64,000 bases of DNA from assembly GCA_965233865.1 (NCBI GenBank), contig OZ247587.1:288001-352000 (forward strand), in the 5' to 3' direction. Below are positions 30,470-38,955 of this stretch, piece after piece. The DNA is from Candidatus Neptunichlamydia sp. GTDB taxonomy: Bacteria > Chlamydiota > Chlamydiia > Chlamydiales > Simkaniaceae. A program made the translations under genes and the position numbers. Each line of letters starts with the position of its first letter. The stretch's first letter is position 1. Below the pieces are notes generated by a model. It was not told the DNA's origin. It did no database searches and saw only the letters and a program-made list of their open reading frames with translations.

Positions 30470-30917
30470 GAAGTAATACCTTATTTTTTTTAAGATACTC
30501 CATTGCAGAATTTTCTTCACCCTGCATAATCATTCGTTCTTCTTCTTTTTGGTCATCAAACCCTAGCAAATGAAGAAGACCGTGTATGACATAGAGGGAA
30601 ACTTCGGTATAAGGGTCTTTTTTTTCGTTGTTTGCGTATTCGATTCCTACCTCAGGGCAGACAAAGACTTCTCCTAATACTGAATAGTCTTCTTGCGAAC
30701 TTTCAGGATGATCGATAGGAAATGAGATGCAATCGGTTGCCATGGGGTCGTCGAAAAAATTGTCGTGTAGGCGACAAATCTCTTCTTTTTCAACGAAGTG
30801 GATACTCACTTCGTCACAAGACACTTTCTTCCATTGAAGGAATGTTTGAACAAGGCGCTCTACCGCTCCTTGAGGAGTGGAAAGAGCACGTTGTCGATTG
30901 GCAAACAGAACGTTCAC
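30462..30917 (-). CDS. ybeY: rRNA maturation endoribonuclease YbeY
   Basis: TDCISFP, LGEVFVC, HGLLHLLGFDD (third His appears as Asp). Confidence 0.88.
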   Translation of the reverse strand: MNVLFANRQRALSTPQGAVERLVQTFLQWKKVSCDEVSIHFVEKEEICRLHDNFFDDPMATDCISFPIDHPESSQEDYSVLGEVFVCPEVGIEYANNEKKDPYTEVSLYVIHGLLHLLGFDDQKEEERMIMQGEENSAMEYLKKNKVLLHE

Positions 30918-31075
30918 TGCATAGTTGGAGTTTTAGGAAGACTGGTGACTTTTTTATCCTCTCCTTCCTTCCATCGTCCTAATTTTTTAAGAACGTCAAT
31001 ACGCTCAAAGCGCTTTAAAACATTCCGTTTTTTGTCAGATTTACTTGATTTTCCGTAACTTGGGTGGCGGGACAT
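30914..31075 (-). CDS. PVC-superphylum small basic protein (53 aa)
   Basis: MSRHPSYGKSSKSDKKRNVLKRFERIDVLKKLGRWKEGEDKKVTSLPKTPTMQ; GTGA overlap with ybeY; not in ORF track. Confidence 0.9.
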   Translation of the reverse strand: MSRHPSYGKSSKSDKKRNVLKRFERIDVLKKLGRWKEGEDKKVTSLPKTPTMQ

Positions 31076-31087
31076 GATTCAGATTCC

Positions 31088-31258
31088 TTATTTAACCTTT
31101 GGGATAAACACGGTTTGAGAAGCCTCTCCCGTGAAAACGTTTGCGTGTTCCTTAAACCCCTTTGGGAGGTTATCCTTTTTAGGGCCTGTTTTAACCGATC
31201 CGTAGTGAGGCTTGCGAGGGCATCGCTTTAGGCGATCTTTCTTACTTACTCTAGTCAT
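31088..31258 (-). CDS. Small basic hypothetical protein (56 aa)
   Basis: ATG 31258 with GGAG RBS; K/R-rich; directly upstream of the small basic protein. Confidence 0.65.
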   Translation of the reverse strand: MTRVSKKDRLKRCPRKPHYGSVKTGPKKDNLPKGFKEHANVFTGEASQTVFIPKVK

Positions 31259-31336
31259 AGATATTCTCCAGTGTAAAGTCAGAATCATACTCCGAGAAAG
31301 AGATAATTTCAAGCGATAAATTACAATCGGTGTAGG

Positions 31337-31759
31337 TTAAATCGTGATAACTGTAAACCCAGCCCCTTTATAGGTTTTATAACTTTCTTGAGCCGCATGA
31401 TGCCGCTGTATTGAAGAGAGATCTTCCAGCTCATAAATTTTGATAAAGCAAAGTTTTTCATTGTCAACGGGTTCTGGGCAGAGGTTTAAAATGCTTCGCG
31501 CTCCATTGGGATTTTCCTTTGTTGAGGTAAGTACCAAATAGTCATTGCAGGGCTGATCCTTGATGACATGGGGTAAAAAGCTATCTTGAGGGGAGCGCCA
31601 AAGAAGAAGATCGACATACTCAAGTGCTTTTAAATGGGGAAGTCGGATCAAGAGAGGCTCTTTTTTTTCAAAATATTCTTCCGCTATTTGAACAATTTTT
31701 TGTCGCTTCTGAGTATCATCGTGTACCTGAAAAAGGGTGACTCTTACATCACGACTCAT
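31337..31759 (-). CDS. holC: DNA polymerase III chi subunit (HolC)-like protein
   Basis: VDLLLWRSPQDSFLPH motif, ILNL, terminal YKTYKGAGF matching HolC Y..Y+..G. Confidence 0.65.
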   Translation of the reverse strand: MSRDVRVTLFQVHDDTQKRQKIVQIAEEYFEKKEPLLIRLPHLKALEYVDLLLWRSPQDSFLPHVIKDQPCNDYLVLTSTKENPNGARSILNLCPEPVDNEKLCFIKIYELEDLSSIQRHHAAQESYKTYKGAGFTVITI

Positions 31760-32387
31760 TTTTTTCTTCTCCAGGATGATAAAGACCGCAGGAAAGGAGG
31801 AATTTGAAGAGGTCTTCAGTCTCTATATTTGTATTTTGAATCTCATTTTGGTCATACATGACAAGAAATCCGGAGACTGGGTGGGGAGCAGTAGGAATAA
31901 AAACAGATTGGAGGTTTTTTTGTTTTTCCTGAACCTGATGGGGTGGTTCTCCCGAAAGAAGGCCCAAGGCTCGACATTTTTCGTGAGGGAAGGGGACGGA
32001 TACAGTCTCTTTAAATAGCTTTTTCTTGTCATTGGAGAAAACGCTAGCACTAATCTCTCTAGAGATACGGTAGATAGTTTTGATGATCGGGATTTTATAG
32101 AAGACCCTGTGCGCGCAGTTAATGAACCAGGAGAAAGCTAGCTTTCGACCGAAGAAGCCCAATATCAAAATAACAAAGAAAAATATGACGAGAACTACGA
32201 CCCGACTAATAATAATAAGGAGGTATTTATGCTTTTCGGCAAGCTCAGTTGTTCCGTGCTTCGTGATGGCTCCTTCCACAGTCCCTACAAAGGGGGCTGT
32301 TAAAAGATCGACGACAAAAACGACGAGAAAGATAGTGACTGCAATCGGGAGAAGCGTAGCAAGGCCTGCTAAAAAAGTTTTCTTCAT
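31749..32387 (-). CDS. DUF502 membrane protein
   Basis: FLAGLATLLPIAVT, KIPIIKTIY, VFIPTAPHPVSGFL. Confidence 0.85.
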   Translation of the reverse strand: MKKTFLAGLATLLPIAVTIFLVVFVVDLLTAPFVGTVEGAITKHGTTELAEKHKYLLIIISRVVVLVIFFFVILILGFFGRKLAFSWFINCAHRVFYKIPIIKTIYRISREISASVFSNDKKKLFKETVSVPFPHEKCRALGLLSGEPPHQVQEKQKNLQSVFIPTAPHPVSGFLVMYDQNEIQNTNIETEDLFKFLLSCGLYHPGEEKNES

Positions 32388-33040
32388 TCGGGACTTGAGA
32401 GGCTTGCAGGGTGTTCGGGAGTAATTACTCCGCAGGAAACGATATATTTAATCGCTTGCTCGGGTTTTAGATCGAGGAAGATGATCTCTTCTTTTTTATA
32501 CATCAAAAGAAACCCTGTAGTGGGATTCGGCGTCGTAGGAACAAGCACAGATAAGAGTTCTGAACCTGCTTTGTCGGAGCATGTTTCTGGGGCTTCCCTT
32601 GAGATAAGTCCCATTACGTAAGAGCCTCCCTTAGGAAAGGGAACCATGACAACTTGTTTGAAAGAGCTTTTGTCAGTAACGAAGATGGTCTTGATAATTT
32701 CCTGGGTGGTTTTATACACCTTATTAATCAATGGAATGCGATGGAGGACTTTATCACTTACCGTCAATAAGGCTTTGAAAAAGAACCATCGTGCAATCAT
32801 CCCGAGAAAGAGGGTAAAGACAAAGAGGCAAATCAAGATCAGGAGCTTGCTTCCATAAAGGACCACTTGGTCAGGGGTTAGAAACAAAAAATCTTTGTTA
32901 ATAAGATTGAAGTCTTTGAAGAAACCTGAGACGATTCCAATAAAGGGTTTAGTAAGAAAATTTACGATAAACACAACAATTGCAATTGTGACTGCGAGGG
33001 GCAGTAAAATAACAAGACCAGTGATGAAATATTTTTTCAT
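32384..33040 (-). CDS. DUF502 membrane protein
   Basis: FITGLVILLPLAVT, RIPLINKVY, VPTTPNPTTGFL. Confidence 0.88.
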   Translation of the reverse strand: MKKYFITGLVILLPLAVTIAIVVFIVNFLTKPFIGIVSGFFKDFNLINKDFLFLTPDQVVLYGSKLLILICLFVFTLFLGMIARWFFFKALLTVSDKVLHRIPLINKVYKTTQEIIKTIFVTDKSSFKQVVMVPFPKGGSYVMGLISREAPETCSDKAGSELLSVLVPTTPNPTTGFLLMYKKEEIIFLDLKPEQAIKYIVSCGVITPEHPASLSSPE

Positions 33041-33102
33041 GTTATAAAAACCTTTTCAACGAAGTTTATGCTTCCTGGATTTATTCTGCAATAGAAGCTG
33101 AC

Positions 33103-35097
33103 CTAGCGTTTTTTTCGCTTTTTGGAGAATTTCTTTTGTTTAGGAAAACGTTTCTTGGGTTTCTTAAGGATGCAGTTTAAGGCCCACTTAGTCTCCATAA
33201 CGGTTAAATTGACCTCTTCTAGAAGGACTTCAATCGGTTCTCCTATTTTATAGCACTTTCCGGCATTTTGACCAGTTAAGCTTCCTGTATTGCTGTTATA
33301 TTCGTAGTAATCATCTTTTAGGTCAGAGATGTGGATAAACCCTTCGTATTGAATGGGCGGGACTTCAAAGGAGATTCCAAACGGCTTTATTTTGCTGACT
33401 GTTGCAATGTATAGTCTATTGAGGTCCTCTGCTTGATAGGAGCGAAGAAGGCGAAGCTTCTTCATTGTAAGAACACTCATTTCTGCCTTAAAAGAGATTC
33501 TCTCTTTTTCAGAACAATTTTTAGCAATGAGGGTAAGGTCTTCTTCACTTTTTTCGAAGAGACGGCGGTGGACAATTAGATCACTGTAGCGGCGGATGGG
33601 ACTGGTGAAATGACAGTAATTTTCGAGAGATAAGCCGTAATGTCCGACATTTTCTTTTGAGTAAACTGCGAGTTTCATGCTGCGGATGTAGGCAATTGAG
33701 AGCTGCTCGGCATGAGGGCTGCTCTTGGCTAGTTCAAAAAGTTTCTGGATATCTTCAATCTCGACCTTATTCGGGAGGGGGAAGCCTAAGCTCCGTGCTA
33801 GGGCAAAGAAATCGCCAAGGTTATCATCACCTGGGGGCTCATGGACTCGAAAGATCGCTTGCTCTCCTCGTTTCATAAACTCTTCTGCAACGATCTCATT
33901 GGCTTTCAGCATGAATTCTTCCACAAGTTGGTGGGTGATATCATATTCAACGACTTCATAACCAGTAGGGTTCCCTTCTTTATCGATTTTAATGACGACA
34001 TCGGGAAGGGCTAGGTCAACAGATCCTCTCTTAAATCGTTGTTCCTTTAGACGAAGACAGAGTTTTTCCATCCTTTTAAGGGTCTCGTAGTGAGGGCTTT
34101 TTACTCTTTTGTCAAGAACTTCTTTTGCTCCCTTGTAGGTAAATCGTTTTTGGCTATTGATAAATCCACGGACAATCTTGTATCCAAGAACAATTCCTGT
34201 GGGATCAAGCTCTATGAGAACGGTGATCGTAAGGCGAATAACCTTTTCTTTTAAACTGCAAAGGTGGTTCGATAGCTCTTCGGGAAGCATAGGAACACAC
34301 GCGCCGGGAAAGTAAGTAGAGTTAGAGCGTATTTTTGCCTCAGTATCAAGAGGAGAGTCCTCTTTAACATAGTGAGAGACATCAGCAATGTGCACAGCGA
34401 GATGAAAATGTCCGTTTTTATCTTCGCTAAGAGAAAGGGCATCGTCGAAATCTCTGGCGGTATCGGGGTCAATTGTGAAAGTTTCGAGATGAGTAAGATT
34501 CGTTCTGCCTTCTAGATCCTTTTTCTCTACGCTACTCGATAGAGAGCTTACTTGACTATGGACTGCTTTTAGAAACTCTTTGCGTATCCCAAAGTCTTTG
34601 ATTGCAGCGGGGATGTCGGTATGCGCTTGTTCAATCGTTCCCAATTTATCAATCACATTGCAGATTGCGGGTTCTTTTTCATCCCCCCAATCGACAATTT
34701 CTACAAGGAGGCGATCCCCAATATTGTATTGAATTTTGTTACTTTTTTTGACAAGAGCTGTTTTTGACTGGCCTAGGGATTGGATGTACAGGAGATAGTC
34801 TCCGTTTGATTTAATGATCCAAACAACTCCAACGAGTTCTTTTTTTGACCGTTCAATAATTGAAGAGACCAATCCTTCGGGTCCTTTATCTGGCTTTCTA
34901 TCAGGAGAAATCACGATTTCAACCCGGTCGCCATCGACAGCATTCCCCTTCAGATGTTTGGGTATAAAGATATCTTCAGGAAACTTTTCGCAATCATCTG
35001 GAGAGACAAAAGCGAAGCCTTTGTGGTGGACGTGGATCGTACCTTGAGTTAAAATTCCCTTCGATACTTGAAACTTTTTATTTAACTTTTCCATCAT
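33103..35097 (-). CDS. rnr: Ribonuclease R (VacB)
   Basis: FTIDPDTARDFDDALS, VHIADVSHYV, HFTSPIRRYSDL, C-terminal S1 domain and basic tail. Confidence 0.95.
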   Translation of the reverse strand: MMEKLNKKFQVSKGILTQGTIHVHHKGFAFVSPDDCEKFPEDIFIPKHLKGNAVDGDRVEIVISPDRKPDKGPEGLVSSIIERSKKELVGVVWIIKSNGDYLLYIQSLGQSKTALVKKSNKIQYNIGDRLLVEIVDWGDEKEPAICNVIDKLGTIEQAHTDIPAAIKDFGIRKEFLKAVHSQVSSLSSSVEKKDLEGRTNLTHLETFTIDPDTARDFDDALSLSEDKNGHFHLAVHIADVSHYVKEDSPLDTEAKIRSNSTYFPGACVPMLPEELSNHLCSLKEKVIRLTITVLIELDPTGIVLGYKIVRGFINSQKRFTYKGAKEVLDKRVKSPHYETLKRMEKLCLRLKEQRFKRGSVDLALPDVVIKIDKEGNPTGYEVVEYDITHQLVEEFMLKANEIVAEEFMKRGEQAIFRVHEPPGDDNLGDFFALARSLGFPLPNKVEIEDIQKLFELAKSSPHAEQLSIAYIRSMKLAVYSKENVGHYGLSLENYCHFTSPIRRYSDLIVHRRLFEKSEEDLTLIAKNCSEKERISFKAEMSVLTMKKLRLLRSYQAEDLNRLYIATVSKIKPFGISFEVPPIQYEGFIHISDLKDDYYEYNSNTGSLTGQNAGKCYKIGEPIEVLLEEVNLTVMETKWALNCILKKPKKRFPKQKKFSKKRKKR

Positions 35098-35147
35098 ACT
35101 TCCTATGACTGTATATAAAACTGACGATAAGAGCAAACGATACCTTC

Positions 35148-35981
35148 ATGAAAAAATTTCGCACGACCCTGATCATCAATTTAATCGGATTAACTGCTCT
35201 CTTCGTTTGTCTCTTTGGACATCAAGGAATTGCATCTGGAGGATCTTCTTTTTCTCATCAAGATGTTGTCATCGATGCTTCAACATTAAAAAATACGTTA
35301 AACAAGTATTCAAGAAAAGAGCTAGAGGAAATGCTTTATGCTGGAGAAGAAATTCTTGAGTGGAACAAGGTGCTTTCTAAAGCAGAGTCTCATATTGTTG
35401 ATCAGGTGTTAAAGGGGCAGGGAGTGTTTTGGGAGTCGGATCATTACCCTATGCAGGATACGTTTGATCAGGAGACCTATTCTCAGTATTATTACCATGC
35501 TCACCGCAAGGGGGAACATGGTCACTTTCATCTTTTCCTCCGGAAAGGCGGGATGAGAAAAGATACTTTTCCCATATTCTATGATGCAAGAAACGATACG
35601 TTGAGTGATATCGACACCTACGCTCATCTCATTGCAATTTCAATGGACAATGCAGGGTATCCCTTAGCCCTTTTTACCACGAATCGGTGGGTTACTGGAG
35701 AAGATTGGTACTCTTCAAGAGATGTAAAAAAAATGGTGGATCATTTCCACGTAAAGCACGCCCCCCCCTCTTATGTTGTTAATCGGTGGTTGAATGCTAT
35801 GCTGATTCTCTTTCGTCCCCAAATTAATCGTCTAATTGAAGAAAGAGAAGAGACTCTTGTGAGATACGCGAATGGTGTTTCTCTTAAGAAAATTCTTGAG
35901 GATCACAAAGTTGAGGCGATTTCAGAGATGCCAATCTCGATTGACAAGCAAATTGAGGTTATCCGATCTTTGTTGGAATAG
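35148..35981 (+). CDS. DUF6969-like His-rich protein with N-terminal signal/anchor
   Basis: QYYYHAH, EHGHFHLF, HLIAISMD, LFTTNRWVTGE. Confidence 0.65.
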   Translation: MKKFRTTLIINLIGLTALFVCLFGHQGIASGGSSFSHQDVVIDASTLKNTLNKYSRKELEEMLYAGEEILEWNKVLSKAESHIVDQVLKGQGVFWESDHYPMQDTFDQETYSQYYYHAHRKGEHGHFHLFLRKGGMRKDTFPIFYDARNDTLSDIDTYAHLIAISMDNAGYPLALFTTNRWVTGEDWYSSRDVKKMVDHFHVKHAPPSYVVNRWLNAMLILFRPQINRLIEEREETLVRYANGVSLKKILEDHKVEAISEMPISIDKQIEVIRSLLE

Positions 35982-36119
35982 AGAATAGTTACCTTAACAA
36001 AAAGCCAAGTATTGCTGGATTTTTTGTTTTCTAATAAATAGAAGAGAAATTCTAAAAAATTCTGGCTTCAAGCGTGAATCCTTAGAGACTGAGACTGCCT
36101 TCTAACTTGTATTAACGTG

Positions 36120-36146
36120 AAAAGGAGAGCTTTGAAGGCTCTCCTT
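36120..36146 (-). terminator. Rho-independent terminator of the small lipoprotein gene
   Basis: AAGGAGAGC…GCTCTCCTT stem 6 nt after the stop, followed by a short T-run on the minus strand. Confidence 0.65.
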
Positions 36147-36152
36147 CAAGGT

Positions 36153-36314
36153 TTAGTAACGCTTGCAGGGACTGCAAGGTTTACAAGGTTGATCCATATT
36201 GGATGGTGCGCACTTCCCACGTTCTGGCTGAACTTCTTTCTTCTCACAAGAAGCAAGAAGACCTCCAGCAATCATAAGAGTTCCTAGGAATAAAAACGTA
36301 ATTTTTTTCATCAT
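36153..36314 (-). CDS. 53-aa cysteine-rich lipoprotein (OmcA-like)
   Basis: MMKKITFLFLGTLMIAGGLLASCEKKEVQPERGKCAPSNMDQPCKPCSPCKRY; GGAGG RBS, lipobox LASC, own terminator; not in ORF track. Confidence 0.8.
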   Translation of the reverse strand: MMKKITFLFLGTLMIAGGLLASCEKKEVQPERGKCAPSNMDQPCKPCSPCKRY

Positions 36315-36391
36315 AACCTCCGGGGTATAATCTAATCTTACCCATAGAAGATTTTTATTAGAGAGTCAACCCCTATCTCAATTAGCTTGAG

Positions 36392-36997
36392 TCAGAGGAT
36401 ACCTGATTGGATGAGATCTTCCATAAGATGAGCAGGAGAGGTGAAGTGATGGCCGTGGATGCCAAGGCGTTCAGCGGCGTGGACATTTTCGAGAAGGTCA
36501 TCGATGAAGAAGCAATTAGAAGGGTGGGAAGTGGCCTTTTTGAGAGCGTGTTCAAAGATGGCTTTCTCGGGCTTGATGGATCCTACTTCATAGGAAAGAA
36601 TAATGTGATCAAAATGAGAGAGAAAGGGGTAATTGGATTGGATATAGGAGAAGTGAGGCTTAATAGTATTAGAAAGGAGAAGAAGCTGATATCCTTTTTT
36701 TTTTAAGGTCTGAGTGAGAGATTCCATTTCTGTGCGAGGGGTAAAGATTGAAGAGGCGGCATGGAGTAGATCGTAAAGCTGAAAGGTTTTAGGAGATTTT
36801 TCTTGGACGATGGAATAAATCTCTTCATTCGTTAGAAGGCCTCGTTCATATTGATGGCTGATTCGGCGATCGATCAGCATGTTTTGAATTTGTTTTGGGG
36901 AGAGACCTGTAAGCGTTGCCACTTGGGAAAACATCTTTTCATGGCTAAAGGAAACAAGAACGTTTCCAAGGTCAAAAATTATCGTTTGATATCCCAT
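36392..36997 (-). CDS. HAD-superfamily phosphatase (YihX-like)
   Basis: IFDLGNVL, LSNT, KPEKAIF, FIDD..ENV motifs. Confidence 0.9.
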   Translation of the reverse strand: MGYQTIIFDLGNVLVSFSHEKMFSQVATLTGLSPKQIQNMLIDRRISHQYERGLLTNEEIYSIVQEKSPKTFQLYDLLHAASSIFTPRTEMESLTQTLKKKGYQLLLLSNTIKPHFSYIQSNYPFLSHFDHIILSYEVGSIKPEKAIFEHALKKATSHPSNCFFIDDLLENVHAAERLGIHGHHFTSPAHLMEDLIQSGIL

Positions 36998-37863
36998 GTT
37001 TCTATCCAAAAATCAACGTCATATTCTTCTTTTATTTCATCTGCAAATGTAGAGGCATCCTCAAAAACTTCGCAGGCCATTGTGGCAGTTGCCAGGGCAT
37101 CAGCCAAAGCGCAGGTGGGAGCTCGAACGGTCACTTTATGGACCATGCCATTTTCAACTTTTAACATGGCTCCTGTCAGGGGATTAATAATATGGGTATA
37201 AGTGGTATCTTCTATGTCCCACAGTTGCTCCTCGCACCCACTAGTTGCAAGTGCTCCTTCTTCGAATTCTATGATTTCTTTATCAATCAATATTTTCCAA
37301 TTCCTTCCACTTGGGTGCCTTCCTTTGACCCGGATATCCCCTCCCCACTCTACGTACATATGTTTATAGCCTTTTTCTGTCAATTTCTCAGTGATTTTAT
37401 CAATGGTAAATCCTTTGAGCATTCCATCAAGATCATAGACTTTTGGATAGAAACCTCCAGGAAGTCTTGAGGAGGTTTTAAACAGTTTGAGCTGCACTCC
37501 AAGACCAGGATCAAATCGCCCTTTGGTGATCTTTTTGTAGTGGTGGGCCAGAACAAGAATCGGAAGGAGTTTTGAGGAGGTAGGGTCTGTAGAGAGCAGA
37601 GATTTGGGGTTCCAGTGATTATATAATCTGTCGATTTCCTTAAAGGTGTCGGAAAGAAGTTTCTCAACCTCTTTTTTTTCTCCGGAAGAAATAGAGCATC
37701 CAAGTTGAATATGGTAAGGGTGGGTATGTGCTAGTCCTTTAAAATGGGTAGGGGATTTTGAGCAGCTAAAGCAGAAAAAGAGAAGAAGGAAAATTATATG
37801 TATCCCACTGCATTTAAAAATTAGTTTTGAGCAATGTGAAAGTTTTCGAAATTTTTCTATCAT
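36979..37863 (-). CDS. apbE: FAD:protein FMN transferase ApbE (compact form)
   Basis: GRFDP, DLDGMLKGFTID, VEWGGDIRVKG, ALATSG, YTHIINPLTG, ADALATATM; follows folD as in Chlamydia. Confidence 0.85.
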   Translation of the reverse strand: MIEKFRKLSHCSKLIFKCSGIHIIFLLLFFCFSCSKSPTHFKGLAHTHPYHIQLGCSISSGEKKEVEKLLSDTFKEIDRLYNHWNPKSLLSTDPTSSKLLPILVLAHHYKKITKGRFDPGLGVQLKLFKTSSRLPGGFYPKVYDLDGMLKGFTIDKITEKLTEKGYKHMYVEWGGDIRVKGRHPSGRNWKILIDKEIIEFEEGALATSGCEEQLWDIEDTTYTHIINPLTGAMLKVENGMVHKVTVRAPTCALADALATATMACEVFEDASTFADEIKEEYDVDFWIETWDIKR

Positions 37864-37948
37864 AAATAACCTAATATTAATGAGATATAGTTGTTTATGA
37901 TCAGAAAATTGCGGTGCTTTGGCGCCGCTAAACATCCAATTTTTGCGT

Positions 37949-38806
37949 TTATTTGGGTATGTTTTTGCATGCGTTCTTGTAACTCTCGTAGGTATTGGTA
38001 AAAAGTGTTGCGATGGTCATGGGGCCCACACCACCTGGAACAGGGGTAATGGCTGATGCAACATCTTTGACGTTTTCGAAATCGACATCTCCAAGGAGGC
38101 CTTGGTCTGTTTGGTTAATGCCGACATCAATCACGACTGCTCCTGGCTTCACCATATCTGCTGTGATAAAGTGGGGGCGTCCTATGGCTGCAATGAGAAG
38201 ATCGGCTCGTTTGCAAACCTCTTTGAGGTTTGTGGTCCGACTATGAGCAATCGTAACCGTGGCATTTGTTCCTTTTTGAATCAAGAGGGCTGCAAGGGGT
38301 TTGCCAACGATGTTGCTCCGTCCAATCACAGCTGCTTCTATTCCATCCGTTGTGATTCCACTTCGCTCAATCATTTTCATAATTCCAAGAGGGGTGCAAG
38401 CAATAAAACCTCCAGTGGTACCTAAGAGGAGCCGTCCTAGATTGGCTGGGTGAAACCCGTCGACATCTTTACTGGGGTCGATAGCCTCAACAATCTTAGC
38501 TGTTGAAATGTGATTGGGAAAAGGTTGTTGGATGAGGATTCCATCGATATTAGGATCGTTATTGAGACGATTGATTTTTTTAAGCAGATCTTTTTCCGTG
38601 ACATCTGCAGGGAGTCTAAGGATTTCAGAGTGGATTCCCACTTCAAGACATCCTTTTCTCTTCATTTGGACATAGGTTTTTGAGGCATGGTCTTCGCCGA
38701 TTAAAATAAAGGCTAGCCCAGGTTTTCTTCCAGAAATTTTGTCGATGTCTGTTTTGAGTTCTTCCTGGATTTTTTTTGCTATGGCCTTGCCATCAATTAG
38801 CTTCAT
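37949..38806 (-). CDS. folD: Methylenetetrahydrofolate dehydrogenase/cyclohydrolase
   Basis: IDGK, KDVDGFHP, GRSNIVGKP, VIDVGIN, TPVPGGVGPMT. Confidence 0.97.
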   Translation of the reverse strand: MKLIDGKAIAKKIQEELKTDIDKISGRKPGLAFILIGEDHASKTYVQMKRKGCLEVGIHSEILRLPADVTEKDLLKKINRLNNDPNIDGILIQQPFPNHISTAKIVEAIDPSKDVDGFHPANLGRLLLGTTGGFIACTPLGIMKMIERSGITTDGIEAAVIGRSNIVGKPLAALLIQKGTNATVTIAHSRTTNLKEVCKRADLLIAAIGRPHFITADMVKPGAVVIDVGINQTDQGLLGDVDFENVKDVASAITPVPGGVGPMTIATLFTNTYESYKNACKNIPK

Positions 38807-38876
38807 CCTTTTTCTCCAAAGTCGTATGCACCTATTTCGGAGAGAAAATGTAGAATGGGTTCAGAGGTTTCCAAAG

Positions 38877-38938
38877 AAAATAGGCTTTTAGGTCGAAACA
38901 AACCACAGGTTGGTTTGTGAGAGCGAAAAGCCTGTTTT
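38877..38938. repeat. 62-bp interrupted palindrome between suhB and folD
   Basis: Outer arms AAAATAGGCTTTT/AAAAGCCTGTTTT and inner arms ACAAACCA/TGGTTTGT. Confidence 0.6.
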
Positions 38939-38955
38939 AATTGAAAAATCGAGCC

